A stretch of 64,000 nt of DNA from the human T2T-CHM13v2.0 reference genome, Homo sapiens, in NCBI GenBank assembly GCA_009914755.4, contig CP068257.2:24864001-24928000 (forward strand), written 5' to 3'. This document shows positions 42,486 to 54,840 of the stretch, piece after piece (position 1 is the stretch's first letter; every line of letters begins with the position of its first letter). The notes beneath the pieces were generated by a model. It saw only the letters and a list, made by a program, of their open reading frames with translations, ran no database searches and had not been told where the DNA came from. The position numbers were made by a program, and so were the translations under genes.

Positions 42486-42777
42486 TATTTTTAAGAGACA
42501 GGGTTGTGCTCTGTGCCCAGGATGCAGTGCAGTGGCATGAGTATGGCTCATTACAGCCTCGAACTCCTGGGCTCAAGCAATTCTCCTGTCTCAGCCTCCT
42601 GAGTAGTTGAGATTACAGGCGTGTGTCATCACATCTGGCTAATTTTCTCATTTTTTATAGAGATGAAGTCTTGCTATGTTGTCCAGGTTGGTCTTAAAAA
42701 CTTCTAGCATCAAACTATCCTCCCACCTCAGCATCCCAAAGTGCTGGGATCACAGGCATGAGCCACCAAGCCCGGCC
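42486..42777 (-). mobile_element. Alu SINE, antisense, older (AluJ/S-like)
   Basis: tttttaagagacagggttgtgctctgtgcccaggatgcagtgcagtggcatgagtatggctcattacagcctcgaactcctgggctcaagcaattctcctgtctcagcctcctgagtagttgagattacaggcgtgtg ... gggatcacaggcatgagccaccaagcccggcc. Most CpGs are decayed. Confidence 0.9.
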
Positions 42778-44057
42778 AGTATGGGTTATTTAGAGCAGTG
42801 TGGTCTAAGGGCCATTGGTTAAAGAATCTCCTAGTGAGGGATAATTAATAATAATGTAGATTTTCTACCCTAATTTTCTACCCACTGGATCTGAATTTCT
42901 AGATTAGATTCTGGGAAAGTGTTATTTTTAGAAAGTACTCCTAGGTGATTTTAGTGCATAATAAAGTCTGAGAATCTCTAATTTAAACAAATTTAAATTC
43001 TGTGAAATCTCTACTTTTCACTGAATAGACATAATTAAGGTCTAGTGTTTACAACTGCAAGACATTTATAAGCTTGAATGTGATTTAAGACAGGAATACA
43101 TGATAAATATGTTTTTGTTCCTTGTGTGCAAATACAGGCTTAAAAGTGTTGTTTGAAACAAATGATGCAGTAAAAGAAAAAAAAAAAGAAACTACAAGTT
43201 TTACAGACCTTTAAATCAGACCGTTGACTAATTGAAACACATAGGGGTTAGTCTTCCTAGAGGCATAATCTGAAAAATAGAGCAGGTTTTACTGGCTTAG
43301 GATACATCGTTCCAGGATAAGCTCTTTTCTCTCATGTGCTACTTTTTTCATGTACCCAGAAAACAATAAATTTTGGGGTTCTGCAGTTCTATGTGAGCAC
43401 TCCCATCTCATAAATATTTAGACTAGAAGAAAAGAGCCAGGATCATTCTTTTAAAAAGTTTAATGAATTTTTAAAAATGTATGAACATGGTTGGGAAGCC
43501 TGCCAGTGATTAAAGAGTGTTCATTTTAATATTGTACTCTTTTCCCTTTCCAAATTCTTTCCCACACCTCATCGGACTGTACATTTCTCTTAATAAACCT
43601 AATTTAAAATGAATTATTTTAGTCATTTTCATCACAAAATTTAATGATCAACCTTCTTAATTTTCTATTTCTGTGTCTTTGTTTTCATGTCATGTCACCT
43701 ACAGGGCACATTCTGTATGCTGTATGTTAAATTAATATTTCTACCATGGCTGCAATGGGTATTTGATGCACTACAGAAAAGTGTAGAGTGTGGGCCAGAT
43801 CCTCAAAGATCTCAAATCCGAATTGAGGTGTTTATACATGTACGAAATGCCAGGGACTGTCAAGCTTTTGAATGATTTAGAATTACAGTAAAGTCAATCT
43901 AAGCTTCCACGGTATTATTTGTAATCCACTGACACGCCTCATAAACAAAAATTTAAAAAGAATAAGAAAAAATGCAAATAACTTCATTTTACCCTCCGTG
44001 TAAGTCAGTATAAACAGATTGTTCATTTTCCTTTGTCAGGTGAGTTTCAAGAAACTA

Positions 44058-46427
44058 CAGGCATACCTCATTTTATTGTATTTTCTTTATTGAGTCTCAC
44101 AGATATTATGTTATTTATAAATTGAAGATCTGTGGCAGCCCTTCATTGAGCAAGTCTATTGGCACAATTTTTCCAACAGCATATGCTCACTTTGTGTTTC
44201 TGTGTCACATTTTGGTAATTTTCACAATATGTCAAACTTTTTCATTATATCTGTTTTTCACTATATCTTTTTCATTACATCTGTTATGGTAATTGTGATC
44301 AGTGATCTTTGATGATGTTACTATTGTAATTACTTTCGGCCACCACAAACTGCACCTGTATAAGATGGTGAACTTAATTGATAAATGTTGTGTGTGTTCT
44401 CACTGCTCCATTGACCAGCTGTTCCCAATCTTTCTCTCTCCCCTCAGGCCTCCCTCCTCCCTGAAACACAAAAACATTGAAATTAGGCCAATTAATAACT
44501 CTACAATGGCCTCTAAGAGTTAAAATGAAAGGAAGTGTAAAATGGTTTCTCACTTGAAATCAAAAGCTAGAAATGATTAAGCTTCGTGAGGAAGGCAAGT
44601 TGAAAGCTGAGACAGCCAAAAGCTGACTCCCGCACCAGGGAGCCAAGTTGTGCAAGCAAAGGAAAAGTTCTTGAAGGAAATTAAAAGTGCTGCTCCAGTG
44701 AACACATGAATGATAAGAAAGCAAAAGTGATCTGGGTAGAAGATCAAACCAGCCACAACATGCCCTTAAGCCAAAGCCTAATCCAGAGCAAGGCTTTAAC
44801 TCTCTTCAAGTTTGTGAAGACTGAGAGAGGTAAGGAAAGTGCAGAAGGAAAGTTAAATGCTAGAAGAGTCGGTTCAGGAGGTTTCAGGAAAAAGCCATCT
44901 CCACAAATAAACATACAACGCGAAGCAACAAATGCTGATGTAGAAGCTGTGGCAAGTTTTCCAGAAGAGCTAGCTCAGATCATTGATAAACGTGGCTACA
45001 TTAAACAACATATTTTCAGTGTGGATGAAACAGAGTCCTATTGGAAGAAGACACCATCTAGGACTTTCATAGCTACAGGGAAAAGTCAATGACTGGCTTC
45101 AAAGCTTCAAAGAACAGGGTGACTCTCTTGTCAGACACTAATACAGCTGCTGACTTGAAGTTGAAGCCAGTGCTCACTGCACATTCTGAAAACTTAAGGA
45201 TCCTTAAGAACTGTGCTAAATCTACTGTGCCTATGTGCAACAAAGCCCTTATGGCAGCATGTCTGTTTACAATATCATTTACTGAATATTTGAAGCCTAC
45301 TACTGAGAACTACTGCTCAGGAAAAAAGATACTTTTCAAAATAGTACTGCTCTTTGACAATGGACCTGGTCACCCAAGAGCTCTGATGGAGGTGTGCAAG
45401 GAGATGAACGCTGTGTTCATGCCTGCTAACACAACACCCGTTCTGTACTCCATGGATCACAGAGTAATTTTGACTTTCAAGTCTTATTATTTGAGAAATA
45501 AATTTTGTAAGGCTATAGCTGCCACACATAGTTATTCCTGTGATGGATCCGGGCAAAGTAAATTGAAAACCTAGAAAAGAGTCACCATTCTAGATGTCAC
45601 TAAGAACATTTGTGATTCATGGGAGGAGGTTAAATTATCAACATTAATAGAAGTTTGAAAGAAATTTATTCCAGCCCTCATGGATGACTTTGATGGGTTC
45701 AAGACTTTGGTAGAGGAAGTAACTGCAGGTATAGTGATAATATCAAGGAAATTAGAACTAAAAGTGGAGCCTGAAGATGTGACTGAATTGCTTCAGTCTC
45801 ACGATAAAACTTGAACATAACAGCAGTTAATTCTTACGGATTAGCAAAAAAGTGGTTTTGTGAGATGGAATCTATTCCTGGTGAAAATGCTGTGAACACT
45901 GTGGAAATGACAACAAAGGATTTAGAATATTACATAAACTTAGTTGATAAAGCAGCAGTAGGGTTTAGAAGGATTGACTCCAATTTTGAAAGAAGTTCTA
46001 CGGTGGGTCAAATGCTACCGAAGAGCATTGCACGCTATAGAGAAATCTTTCATGAAAGGAGGAGTCAACTGATGTAGCAGACTTCACTGTTGTCTTATTT
46101 TTAAAAATTTCCACAGCCACCCCAATTTTCAGCAACCACCACCTTGATCAGTCAGCAGCCATCAGCATCAAAGCAAGACCCTCTTCCAGCAAAAAAATTA
46201 CAACAACTTGCTGAAGGCTCGGATGATTTTTAGCAACAAACTATTTTAAAATTAAGGTATGTACATTGTTTTTTGGGTGTAATGCTACTGCACCCTTAAT
46301 AGACTACAGTATAAACAACTTTATATGTACCAAGAAACCAAAAAATTCATGTGACTCACTTTGTTGCCATATGTGCCTTATTTTGGTAGTCCAGAATGGA
46401 ACCTACAATGTCTGCAAGGTATAATTG
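44058..46427 (+). mobile_element. Tigger1 (TcMar/pogo family) DNA transposon, nearly full length (about 2.37 kb), flanked by TA
   Basis: Its 5' terminus is caggcatacctcattttattgtattttctttattgagtctcacagatattatgttatttataaattgaagatctgtggcagcccttcattgagcaagtctattggcac. Its 3' terminus is ...aaaccaaaaaattcatgtgactcactttgttgccatatgtgccttattttggtagtccagaatggaacctacaatgtctgcaaggtata. Both match the Tigger1 TIRs. TA lies at 44056-44057 and at 46428-46429. Confidence 0.85.
44506..46232 (+). pseudogene. Decayed Tigger1 transposase ORF (CENP-B/pogo-like DDE transposase relic)
   Basis: Start motif atggcctctaag. Track ORFs 44706-45092, 45089-45574 and 45811-46077 together read ...IWVEDQTSHNMPLSQSLIQSKALTLF..., ...[27 protein letters not shown]..., ...[11 protein letters not shown]...[23 protein letters not shown]..., ...[16 protein letters not shown]...[39 protein letters not shown]...[10 protein letters not shown]... 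and ...[37 protein letters not shown].... The reading frame is broken by stops and frameshifts and carries an N-terminal deletion. Confidence 0.85.
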
Positions 46428-46439
46428 TACTTTGTCAGC

Positions 46440-47910
46440 CACTCCAGCTTTCTTTTGGTTAATATTTGCATGGTATATCTTTTTCCATCCTTTTACTTAA
46501 GTTAGCTATTTCAGTAGAGTTGAAATGAATAACATATATTTGAGTAGGTTCAGAACAAAATCCATTTGCTGTTTTTACTGGTATGTTTAGATCATTAATG
46601 TAATTATTGATATGTTTGAATTTAGGTATATCATTTTGTGATTTGCTTTCTGTTTGTTCCCTCTGTTTTTCATTCCTTTGACTCCCCTTTTCTGCCTTCT
46701 TTTCAGTTATAAGAATATTTATTAGTATCCATTTTAATTGATCTACTATGATTTTGACTATATTACTCTGTAGTTCTTTATTGTTCTATTTAGTGGGTGC
46801 TCTAGGGATTACAGGATATATACTTAACTCTTCATCATCACCTAGAATCAATTTTGTATCATTTTAGTTGGAATATAGAAACCTTATCATCTTATTGATC
46901 CATTAACCTTTCCCCTCCTGTGCTAGTCATGTTAAATATTACATCTAAACCATTGAATGTGCTATCATACATATCATATGTTTTCACATTAAATAGTCGA
47001 TTGCATTTTAACAAACTCAAGAGGAGAAAAACAGCCTACCATATTTACTAACTAGTACTGCTAGTGGGGCAGGACTTTGATTTTTTACTCTTCTTTTTCC
47101 TTTATGATATTCCATGTTTTCTCTGGTATCATTTGCTTTCTTCCTGAAGAACTTTTACATCAGGTCTGCTGGATTAATATTTTCTTAATTTTTCTTAATT
47201 TAAGAATGTCTTTATTTTCTCTCTATTCTTGGAGAATATTTTTTACTTGATATAGAGGTTGATAATTCTATTCTTTTGGCACTTAAAAAATATGCCACTT
47301 TCCTGGCCTCTAAGGTTTCTGATGAGAAAATGAAGTCATTCAAATCACAGCTCCCCTATAGGTAATGTTTTGTTTTTCTCTGGCTGCTTCCAAATTTTTT
47401 TTCTTTAGCTTTTAACCAATTTGATTATGATGTATCTGGGTGTGAATTTCATTGGGTTTATCCAGTTTGGAATTTCCTCAGCTTCTTAGATCTGTAATTT
47501 ATTTCTTTCACCAAACTTGGGATTTTTTTAGCTCCATATTCTTTCTCCTTTCTTCTGGGATTCTGATGGCACAGATGCTAAACCCTGTCCACATTATGCT
47601 TGCTTACTTAGACAGAACTAGAGGGCTTCTCCTGCAGCTCTCTGTTCATGTCCTGAAGCCTATTTCTATGTTTTGGGCTGCGTTTAGTCCAAAGTCGAGT
47701 AACAGAGGGAAACAACTGGTAAATTTATGGCTAGTTGGGCAGTATTTCAAATTTTGTCTGGTTCCCCAATCCACCTGCTAGTATTTACTTTCCACAGTCC
47801 TGAAGTAGCTGCTTCGTGCATTCTGTCCACGCTCTCCATAGTTATGCTCAGTAGGAGGCAGAGCGTGGAGCTTGTTTTCTTCATCTTACTCAGAACTAGA
47901 ACCAACCCTC
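46440..47910 (-). mobile_element. Old L1 (L1M/L1P-like) fragment, antisense; family and region within L1 uncertain
   Basis: T-rich antisense text such as ggtctgctggattaatattttcttaatttttcttaatttaagaatgtctttattttctctctattcttggagaatattttttacttg..., ...tttccaaattttttttctttagcttttaaccaatttgattatgatgtatctgggtgtgaatttcattgggtttatccagtttggaatttcctcagcttcttagatctgt... resembles the reverse complement of primate L1 ORF-internal sequence. Confidence 0.45.
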
Positions 47911-48915
47911 CCAACTAAATATAATGAGACAAAAGCTATTTTACCACAAACACTAAACAAAATATATAACATGTATATTATGCTGGTGGTGTAAAGCCAA
48001 CAGGCTGAATAAAAAGAAACTCATTTTAGAATTGATAGACCTCAGCTGATCCTCACTATGATCAATGACTTTTTATTTGGCATGCCATCTGGCATTTATT
48101 TGCTTCCACTGAAAATACATTCTGTCTGGAGATTGTTCCAAATGTAGGTTATGCACAATATCATCGGAGGCAAGTTGTTGTGCTTTTTGTTCTTTTAAGT
48201 CTTACAAGTCTTGACTTAAATGGAGAAAACTGCTGATTAACACAATTTTTTAAAGAGCTTAATCAGGGAAATTCTCAACTGTTACATACAAAGGAACACT
48301 CAATCTATACAGCACTAGGATCACTCTGCCAAAAGAGCCGGCAGTTAGAACACCACTGTGTGCATTATTTATTGACATATTGTCAATGGAGATGAGCCAT
48401 TGGAATTCTTTAATGAATCATTTTTAAAGCAAATCATTACCCACTGATTTTTGATATTATATATGTAATTTTTTTCTATAAATCAGGTTTATATATTTTT
48501 ATTTAGATTTGATTTCCTAGTTTCTGAGTGGGTTTCTCCCTCTAATTCACAAGCCAGCCTAGGGTAACATGGCAGACTTGTGTATCTAATGTACATGACT
48601 TTTCAGGCAGTATTATGCCTTCAGCAACCACTGGGCAGCAGGACACCGTACTTAATTAGCTGCTTTTGCAGTTATCAGACTGCAATCACATTTGATTAAG
48701 GGCACCATTTATTTCACTCAAGGCCGAGAGTGCTCTCCTGGGGAGAGGCAGGTGGTACTCTCCTGTTGATGAAGTCCAGAGAGCCAGAGAGACAGCCTGT
48801 GACCAGAAGTGACACTCTGCAGCTCAGTCACAGACTTTCCAAATGACCTTGCAGAAGTCATTTTTCTCCCCATCATGTTTTATTTATTTTATTTTTAAAA
48901 TTATTATTATGATTC

Positions 48916-49026
48916 TTTTTGATCACTCTGTTGCTCAGGCTGGACTCAAACTCCTGGACTCAAGCAACCTTCCCACCTCAACCTTCCAAGTAGCTGGGAT
49001 GACAGGCATGTATTTCCATGCCCAGC
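48916..49026 (-). mobile_element. Free left Alu monomer (FLAM-like) or truncated Alu, antisense
   Basis: tttttgatcactctgttgctcaggctggactcaaactcctggactcaagcaaccttcccacctcaaccttccaagtagctgggatgacaggcatgtatttccatgcccagc. Confidence 0.7.
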
Positions 49027-49124
49027 TTAAAACCCAGATGTTTTCAAAGCCCAATGTTTTCATCAATGACAGGAAAAATTTGTAAAGCCCTTCTAAGTGC
49101 TTCTTTGTATAAATATATATGTCA

Positions 49125-49232
49125 GGGGGGCAAGTTACTATTCCCTGTTTACACATGAACAAACTGAGGCTCGGTGATATTAGGAGATCTAAGTTCACAC
49201 AGCATCAGGAACCCAAGCCCGATTTTTCTGTG
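49125..49232 (-). mobile_element. MIR SINE fragment
   Basis: ttccctgtttacacatgaacaaactgaggctcggtgatattaggagatctaagttcacacagcatcaggaacccaagcccgatt matches the MIR core in antisense orientation. Confidence 0.6.
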
Positions 49233-50582
49233 GTATTTCTCTTACAACTTCCTATCACAAAACTACTGTTAATCAAGAATAGAATCACAAAGCATTGTTT
49301 CCTGTTTAATTCTACTTGGCAAAAGCCAAGAGGGTCTATTTACTTAATATAAGAATGAATATTACTTGAGACTGCAACCTCAAAGTAGAGTTTTCAGCAT
49401 TTATTTGATAAACTTAAATTCTAATATATTTCTATGTGTAATACTTCAGAGGCTGATCCTACATTATACCTGATGTTTGTTTAAAAAAAATGTTGTATCC
49501 ACACAGTAGAGTTGGCTATTTGCAACCACAGGTAGCTCTTATTTTTTGCAAAATGCAGCATAGAGAGATATAGTTTTGCTTATGTTTTTGACAGTGTGAG
49601 TTGATACAGAAATATGTTTAAAGTAATTTGTCATGTTTTTCTCTATTTTTGCCAGATTTGTGCAAAGGCATAAATTGTTTTTTATTACTGTAGGGTCTTT
49701 TTCTTCCTCTCCTTTCTGTAACCATGAATATTGAAATTAAAAATTCTCTTTGTTTCTGAGTCACAGAGTTACCATCGGCTAAATAGCTGAGGCTTTCACC
49801 CATAGCACTTTCAGATGGAATCCTATTATACCTTATGAGGTTATCATCACCCTCTGAAATTTTCATTAGTTATGGGTGTGTACATCCTAACATTTTGCAG
49901 TTGGGAGACAGCTGGGAGACACTGTGTTCTGGGTTGCAGCTGCCCATCAGAATTCTTCCAACATAATGGAATAAAAATCACTGGGTGTGTGTAATTCTTC
50001 CCTCCTCAATTTTATCAACAAAACATTTTATCTCCAAAAATCATGAAGGTGAGTTGCACAGGAGCCTGTTGTCTTAACAGTCATAGGCTGGCAGATCATA
50101 TTGCCTCATTGATGGAGCACATTCAACCCAGAAACATGACAGGAGGTTAAATTATTATAATCAAATTGGCTTTTCAATTCTAGTCTCTATCATCTGATTA
50201 TAATTTATCATAAACAGTGTGATTAGAAAGTGACAATTGATTCTATCATTCCTTTTACTCTGTAATGACACCTAATCTGTATTCCATGAGAAGATACTAT
50301 TTGAAACCAATAACACATTCAAATGATGGTTTGATTTTGCTAAGCAAATATTTTTCCAGATGATGAACACTAGTTTAGAACCCACAAAATGTCAGATTTT
50401 TCATGTTTAAATGAAGAATTGATCTGTGTTTAAATAATCTATTCTGGATCCTTCAATCTATTAGGCCCTGTGGCTTTGATAGTGAGTTGGCAGACTAGCT
50501 TCTCGTCCTCTTAGGTCTGGAATGTGGAAGGGCAGACAGATATTAAGGAACATAAATAAACTGATAAATAGTAACAGGATAG

Positions 50583-50964
50583 TGTATTAGTCTGTCTTCA
50601 CACTGCTAGGAAGAAATACCTGAGACTGGGTAATTTATAAAGAAAAGAGGCTTAATTGACTCATGGTTCCATAGGCTGTACAGATAGCATGACTGGGGAG
50701 ACGTCAGAAAACTTTCAATCATGGCAGACGGTGAAGGGGAATCAGGCACGTCCTCACATGGCCAGAGCAGGAAAGACAGTGAAAGGGGAAGGGCTACACA
50801 CTTTTAAACAACCAGATCTCATGAGGACTCACTCACTATCACAAGAACAGCAAGGGAGAAATCCACGCCCATGATCCATTCACCTTCCACCAGGCCCCTC
50901 CTACAACACTGAGGATTGCAATTCGACATGAAATTTGGGTAGAGACACAAATCCAAACCTATCA
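50583..50964 (-). mobile_element. MaLR solo LTR (THE1/MST-like), antisense
   Basis: tgtattagtctgtcttcacactgctaggaagaaatacctgagactgggtaatttataaagaaaagaggcttaattgactcatggttcc ... cccatgatccattcaccttccaccaggcccctcc ... agagacacaaatccaaacctatca. Candidate flanks are gatag and aatag. Confidence 0.75.
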
Positions 50965-52494
50965 AATAGAGAAGGGATAATGCTACGGCAGCAAACAGCA
51001 GGGAATCAAATCCAGATATAGTGGGTAAGAAAAGGTTCTCTCCAAAATATAGCGTTTAGGTCTTCATAAGGATAGCAATGAATCATTTTCACTCATGGCA
51101 TCTTGAAACCTTCTTCAGATCTTCAAGAGCCAGTGAGGAGTAGCAGAAACAGGCCAAGTATGTCTCATTTTAAATGCCAGCCCTTTACATAGCAGCTATA
51201 CGAAATGACTTATTCTGAGCCTCATCCTCCTCATCTGAACAGACAGGAATAATACATAGGTCACAAGGACTATTCTGAAGGTTAATTAACTTATATGTTT
51301 TACACATCGGTGACAGAGAACGCATTAAATAAATGGTAGTTCTCTTTCTTCCAACAATTCCTGCTGCCACCAAAAACACTTTCTTTTATAATATCCAACT
51401 GTGATGTCTATCTAATTAAGGCAGCTCCTAAACCTAGATTATATGAACAGATATGAGGTAATCTGATTTGGAAACAATCCAAGTCAATAAAAATGGGCGC
51501 TCACATAGACTGCTTTGTTATGGTAACATATTCAATTCAGAATGAACTGAAATATCACAAATCCTACATTTTATGTAACATAAAACGCAACAAGCAAATA
51601 GAAGAAAATAAAGGCATTGATTGTCCCCACCACCACAAGGAGTGTATTCAGGTTGATTAGTGAAGGAAAGATCAGTTTTGATAGAGGTAAAGAGGGCTAA
51701 AATAGCATCCGAATGTAAAGAGGGGAGAAATCTCAGTGTATTCCTGAATTTCCCTAAGGCTCCGTTGTTGGCTTGCTGTTCTATTTCTTATACCTCTCTT
51801 CAGAAAATCTCATTCATTCCCACACACCTTTCAACCCCAGCATCTCCAGGCTTTTTACTCCCAGACCTATATGTGATGTTTCATGCTCTCCACTGGGCTT
51901 CAGAATGGAACATTCCACCATCTGAAGCTCACTGAGTTTGGTTCATACCCTACAGCAGGCTTTTCCTTGTTTAATGTACTAAAAGTAGAATTCATTCCCG
52001 TTTCTGAACCTTCCTGAATATTCCCCATTAGTTCTCAGCACACCATCCAGCCTCTTATCCAAAGCAGAAACCTCAGAATTAATTCAGACATGTTCCTCTC
52101 ATTTAGCCCCAATCCTTAGGTCCACATCCCATCAGTCCTCAAGTACTAATCTCTTCTGTCCTTTCATCCTGTAGCACAAGACACTGTCAAATAGCACCAA
52201 CCTTTGCTTTCCAGGTGTACTGGGCAGATAGGTAGTGGCAGTAATGCCTGGGAGTTGGTTACAAGCGCAGAATTTCAGGCCCCATCCAGACCTACCAAGT
52301 CTGAATCGGCATGTTAAAAAGGTGTCTGGGCGACTCCATTACAACCATGATCAAACTTTTCCATTGCCTTTTTTTAATTACAAGAATTTTCAAACATATA
52401 AGAATCATAGATAATATAAAACACCCATATGCCACTACCTGGATTTATTACATGTTAATAATTATACTTTCTTGAGATATTTAATTTAAAACAA

Positions 52495-52598
52495 TTTTTT
52501 GAGACAGGGTCTTGCTATGTTGTCCAGGCTGGTCTCAAATTCCTTGGCTCAGGCAATCCTCCCACCTCAGCCTCCCGTGTAGCTGTGAATGCAGATGC
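52495..52598 (-). mobile_element. Free left Alu monomer (FLAM-like), antisense
   Basis: ttttttgagacagggtcttgctatgttgtccaggctggtctcaaattccttggctcaggcaatcctcccacctcagcctcccgtgtagctg. Confidence 0.7.
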
Positions 52599-52619
52599 AA
52601 TCCACCATGATTAAGCAAT

Positions 52620-54840
52620 GAAATGTCAGAGTTGAAGGCCACTTCCCAACACTCCTCCCTAGGGTGACCAATGTGTCTCAGTTTGCCCGGGACCATCCAG
52701 GTTGCTGCACTCAAAGTATTGAATCCCTGGAAACTTCTCAGTCCTGGGCAATCCTGAAATTCATTGGTACTCTTCTCTCCCTCAGATATTTACACATTCA
52801 TGACATGTGTTTGTTTTCATAAATAATACACAGAATTATTTTATGTGTTTATGCAAATGGCATCATGTAGTACACATTGCTCTTCAGTTAGCTCTTCACA
52901 CAGCATTATTCGTTTTGAGATTTACTCTAATGTTATGTTAACATGAACTGAGTTATTTTAATTGCTGTATCCTTTGCACGAATATACTCTATCCACTTGG
53001 TCTTCTGATGGAGGTGTGGGTTGCTTCCAATGTTTTGCTATTTTTTAAATAATACGTCAACCAACAGTATAAATGTCTCCTTGGGCATATTTGGAAATTT
53101 CCTAGGGAATATATCTTGAAGAGGTGTTACTGCTAAATCCTAAAGTATGTCTATCTTCAGCTTTACTATATGGGGTCTGATTGCTCTCTATGTGGAACAG
53201 TTCTTGTTCTCCCATCAACAATGTGAGAGCCCTTTTATCTTTGCCCACATTGCTTGGCACTATCAGACTTACGGAGTATTTGAGCCCAATGGGTATGAGA
53301 CGGTATTTCAATGTTTTAAGTTGGTTTGTCCTGCTTTAGTTAGCCAGGTGGATCATCTTTCACTTGTTTATGGACCATCCAGTTTTCTGCTCTATGCCTT
53401 TTTTTGTGCACACACATTGCCCATTATCCTATTCAGGCATTGCGGATACTAATCTCCTGTGAATCATATGAATTGCAAATATCTTCTCCAAGTGAGGGTT
53501 TGCCTTACATTTTTATCTAGGAATTCTGTTGCTCTCTATATTAAAAATTTTAAAAATCAAGATATAATTCACGTCCCACAAAACTCACCATTTTAAAGTG
53601 TACAGTTCGGTGTTTTTTAGTAATCTTTTCTTTTGTGTTTTTTAATCTTTTATTTTAGACATTTTTTCTATCCTGATACCATAAATGCTATTCTCCTCCC
53701 ATTAAAAAAATGTAATTGTTTGCTTTTTGTTTTTACATATTTAGTCTGATAAGAGTGGATTTTTTATTGTGGAGTGATGAATTGATCTCATTTAATGTTT
53801 ATGCATATGGATAGCTAGTTATTTTAGCAACATCTGTTACATAATCTATCCACCTCCACTAGTCTGTAATGCCATTTCTGTTATCCATCAAGTTTCCATA
53901 TATACGTCAGTCAGTTTCTAAGCTCCAAATTCTTTTGGTTTATCCATTAACCAATATCACACAATTTCTTTTTTATAACTTTATAATAAATCTTGATGTC
54001 TGTAAGGCATATCTTCTGACCTTATTCTTTTTCATAACTCTCTTCTCTTCCCACGATCTTTACTGTCCCACATAAATTTTAGGCCCATTCTTTCAAATTC
54101 AACATAAAATGTTCTTGTGGATTTTGATTGGAATTGCACTGAATGTACAGATAGTTCAGGAAGAACTGCCATGTTTAAATATTGACATCTTTACAATACC
54201 TGCATCCACAATTTGATATGTCTCTTAATTTCATTAGGTCTCTCTTTATCCCTTGTAATTTTTACATGGTTATAATACTCACTAAATGCATATATTATTA
54301 CTGGATTCCTTACTGGATATATTATAGTTTTAAATATTGTATTTTAGATTTATTTATGCACATATCTATTACATTTTCTTATTGATTGTTGATGGTATGT
54401 AGGAATATACCACTTTGGACACTGATCTTATATCCTGCAATTTTGGTGAATTCCGTTATTTTTCATAGTCTGAGAAATACTGACAATCATCTCATTTGTA
54501 AATGAGAGCAATTTACTTTCTTCCTTTCCAGTCTTTATTACCTTTTTAAAAATGTGTCTTGCTGATTGCACTGGCCAGGACTTCCAGTACAATGCTGACT
54601 AGAAGTGGTAGAAGGCACTAGTTTGTCATATTTTTGCCTTTAAAGGCAAGGGTTATAACAACATACCATTGATTATGCTGCCTGAGATAGGGTGGTGGTT
54701 TTTAAAATATATATTTATTAGGTTAAACATTTTTTCTTCTATATCCCTAGTTTGCTAAGCATTTTAACTCTGAGTGATGACTTTAATTGCTTTTCCTTTT
54801 AAAACTGATCTTAGAATTACCCTGCTTTAAGAGGCCTTTC
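52620..54840 (-). mobile_element. Ancient L1 (L1M-like) 3' UTR plus ORF2 C-terminal region, antisense
   Basis: The reverse complement of 53040-53130 reads ctaggaaatttccaaatatgcccaaggagacatttatactgttggttgacgtattatttaaaaaatagcaaaacattggaagcaacccacacctccatcag. This parallels the L1M ORF2 end, cctaggtatttacccaagagaaatgaaaacatatgtccacacaaagacttgtacacgaatgttcatagcagcattattcataatagccaaaaactggaaacaacccaaatgtccatcaac. Reverse-complement reads between 53500 and 54800 (e.g. ttcagtgcaattccaatcaaaatccacaagaacattttatgttgaatttgaaagaatgggcctaaaatttatgtgggacagtaaag) resemble ORF2, but boundaries are loose. Confidence 0.6.

Noticed and set aside
44706-45574. Two adjacent track ORFs of 128 and 161 aa that look like a split protein-coding gene
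   Set aside because: They translate the Tigger1 transposase consensus inside a bounded Tigger1 element, and their frame is broken by stops and frameshifts. They are a transposon relic and not a host gene.
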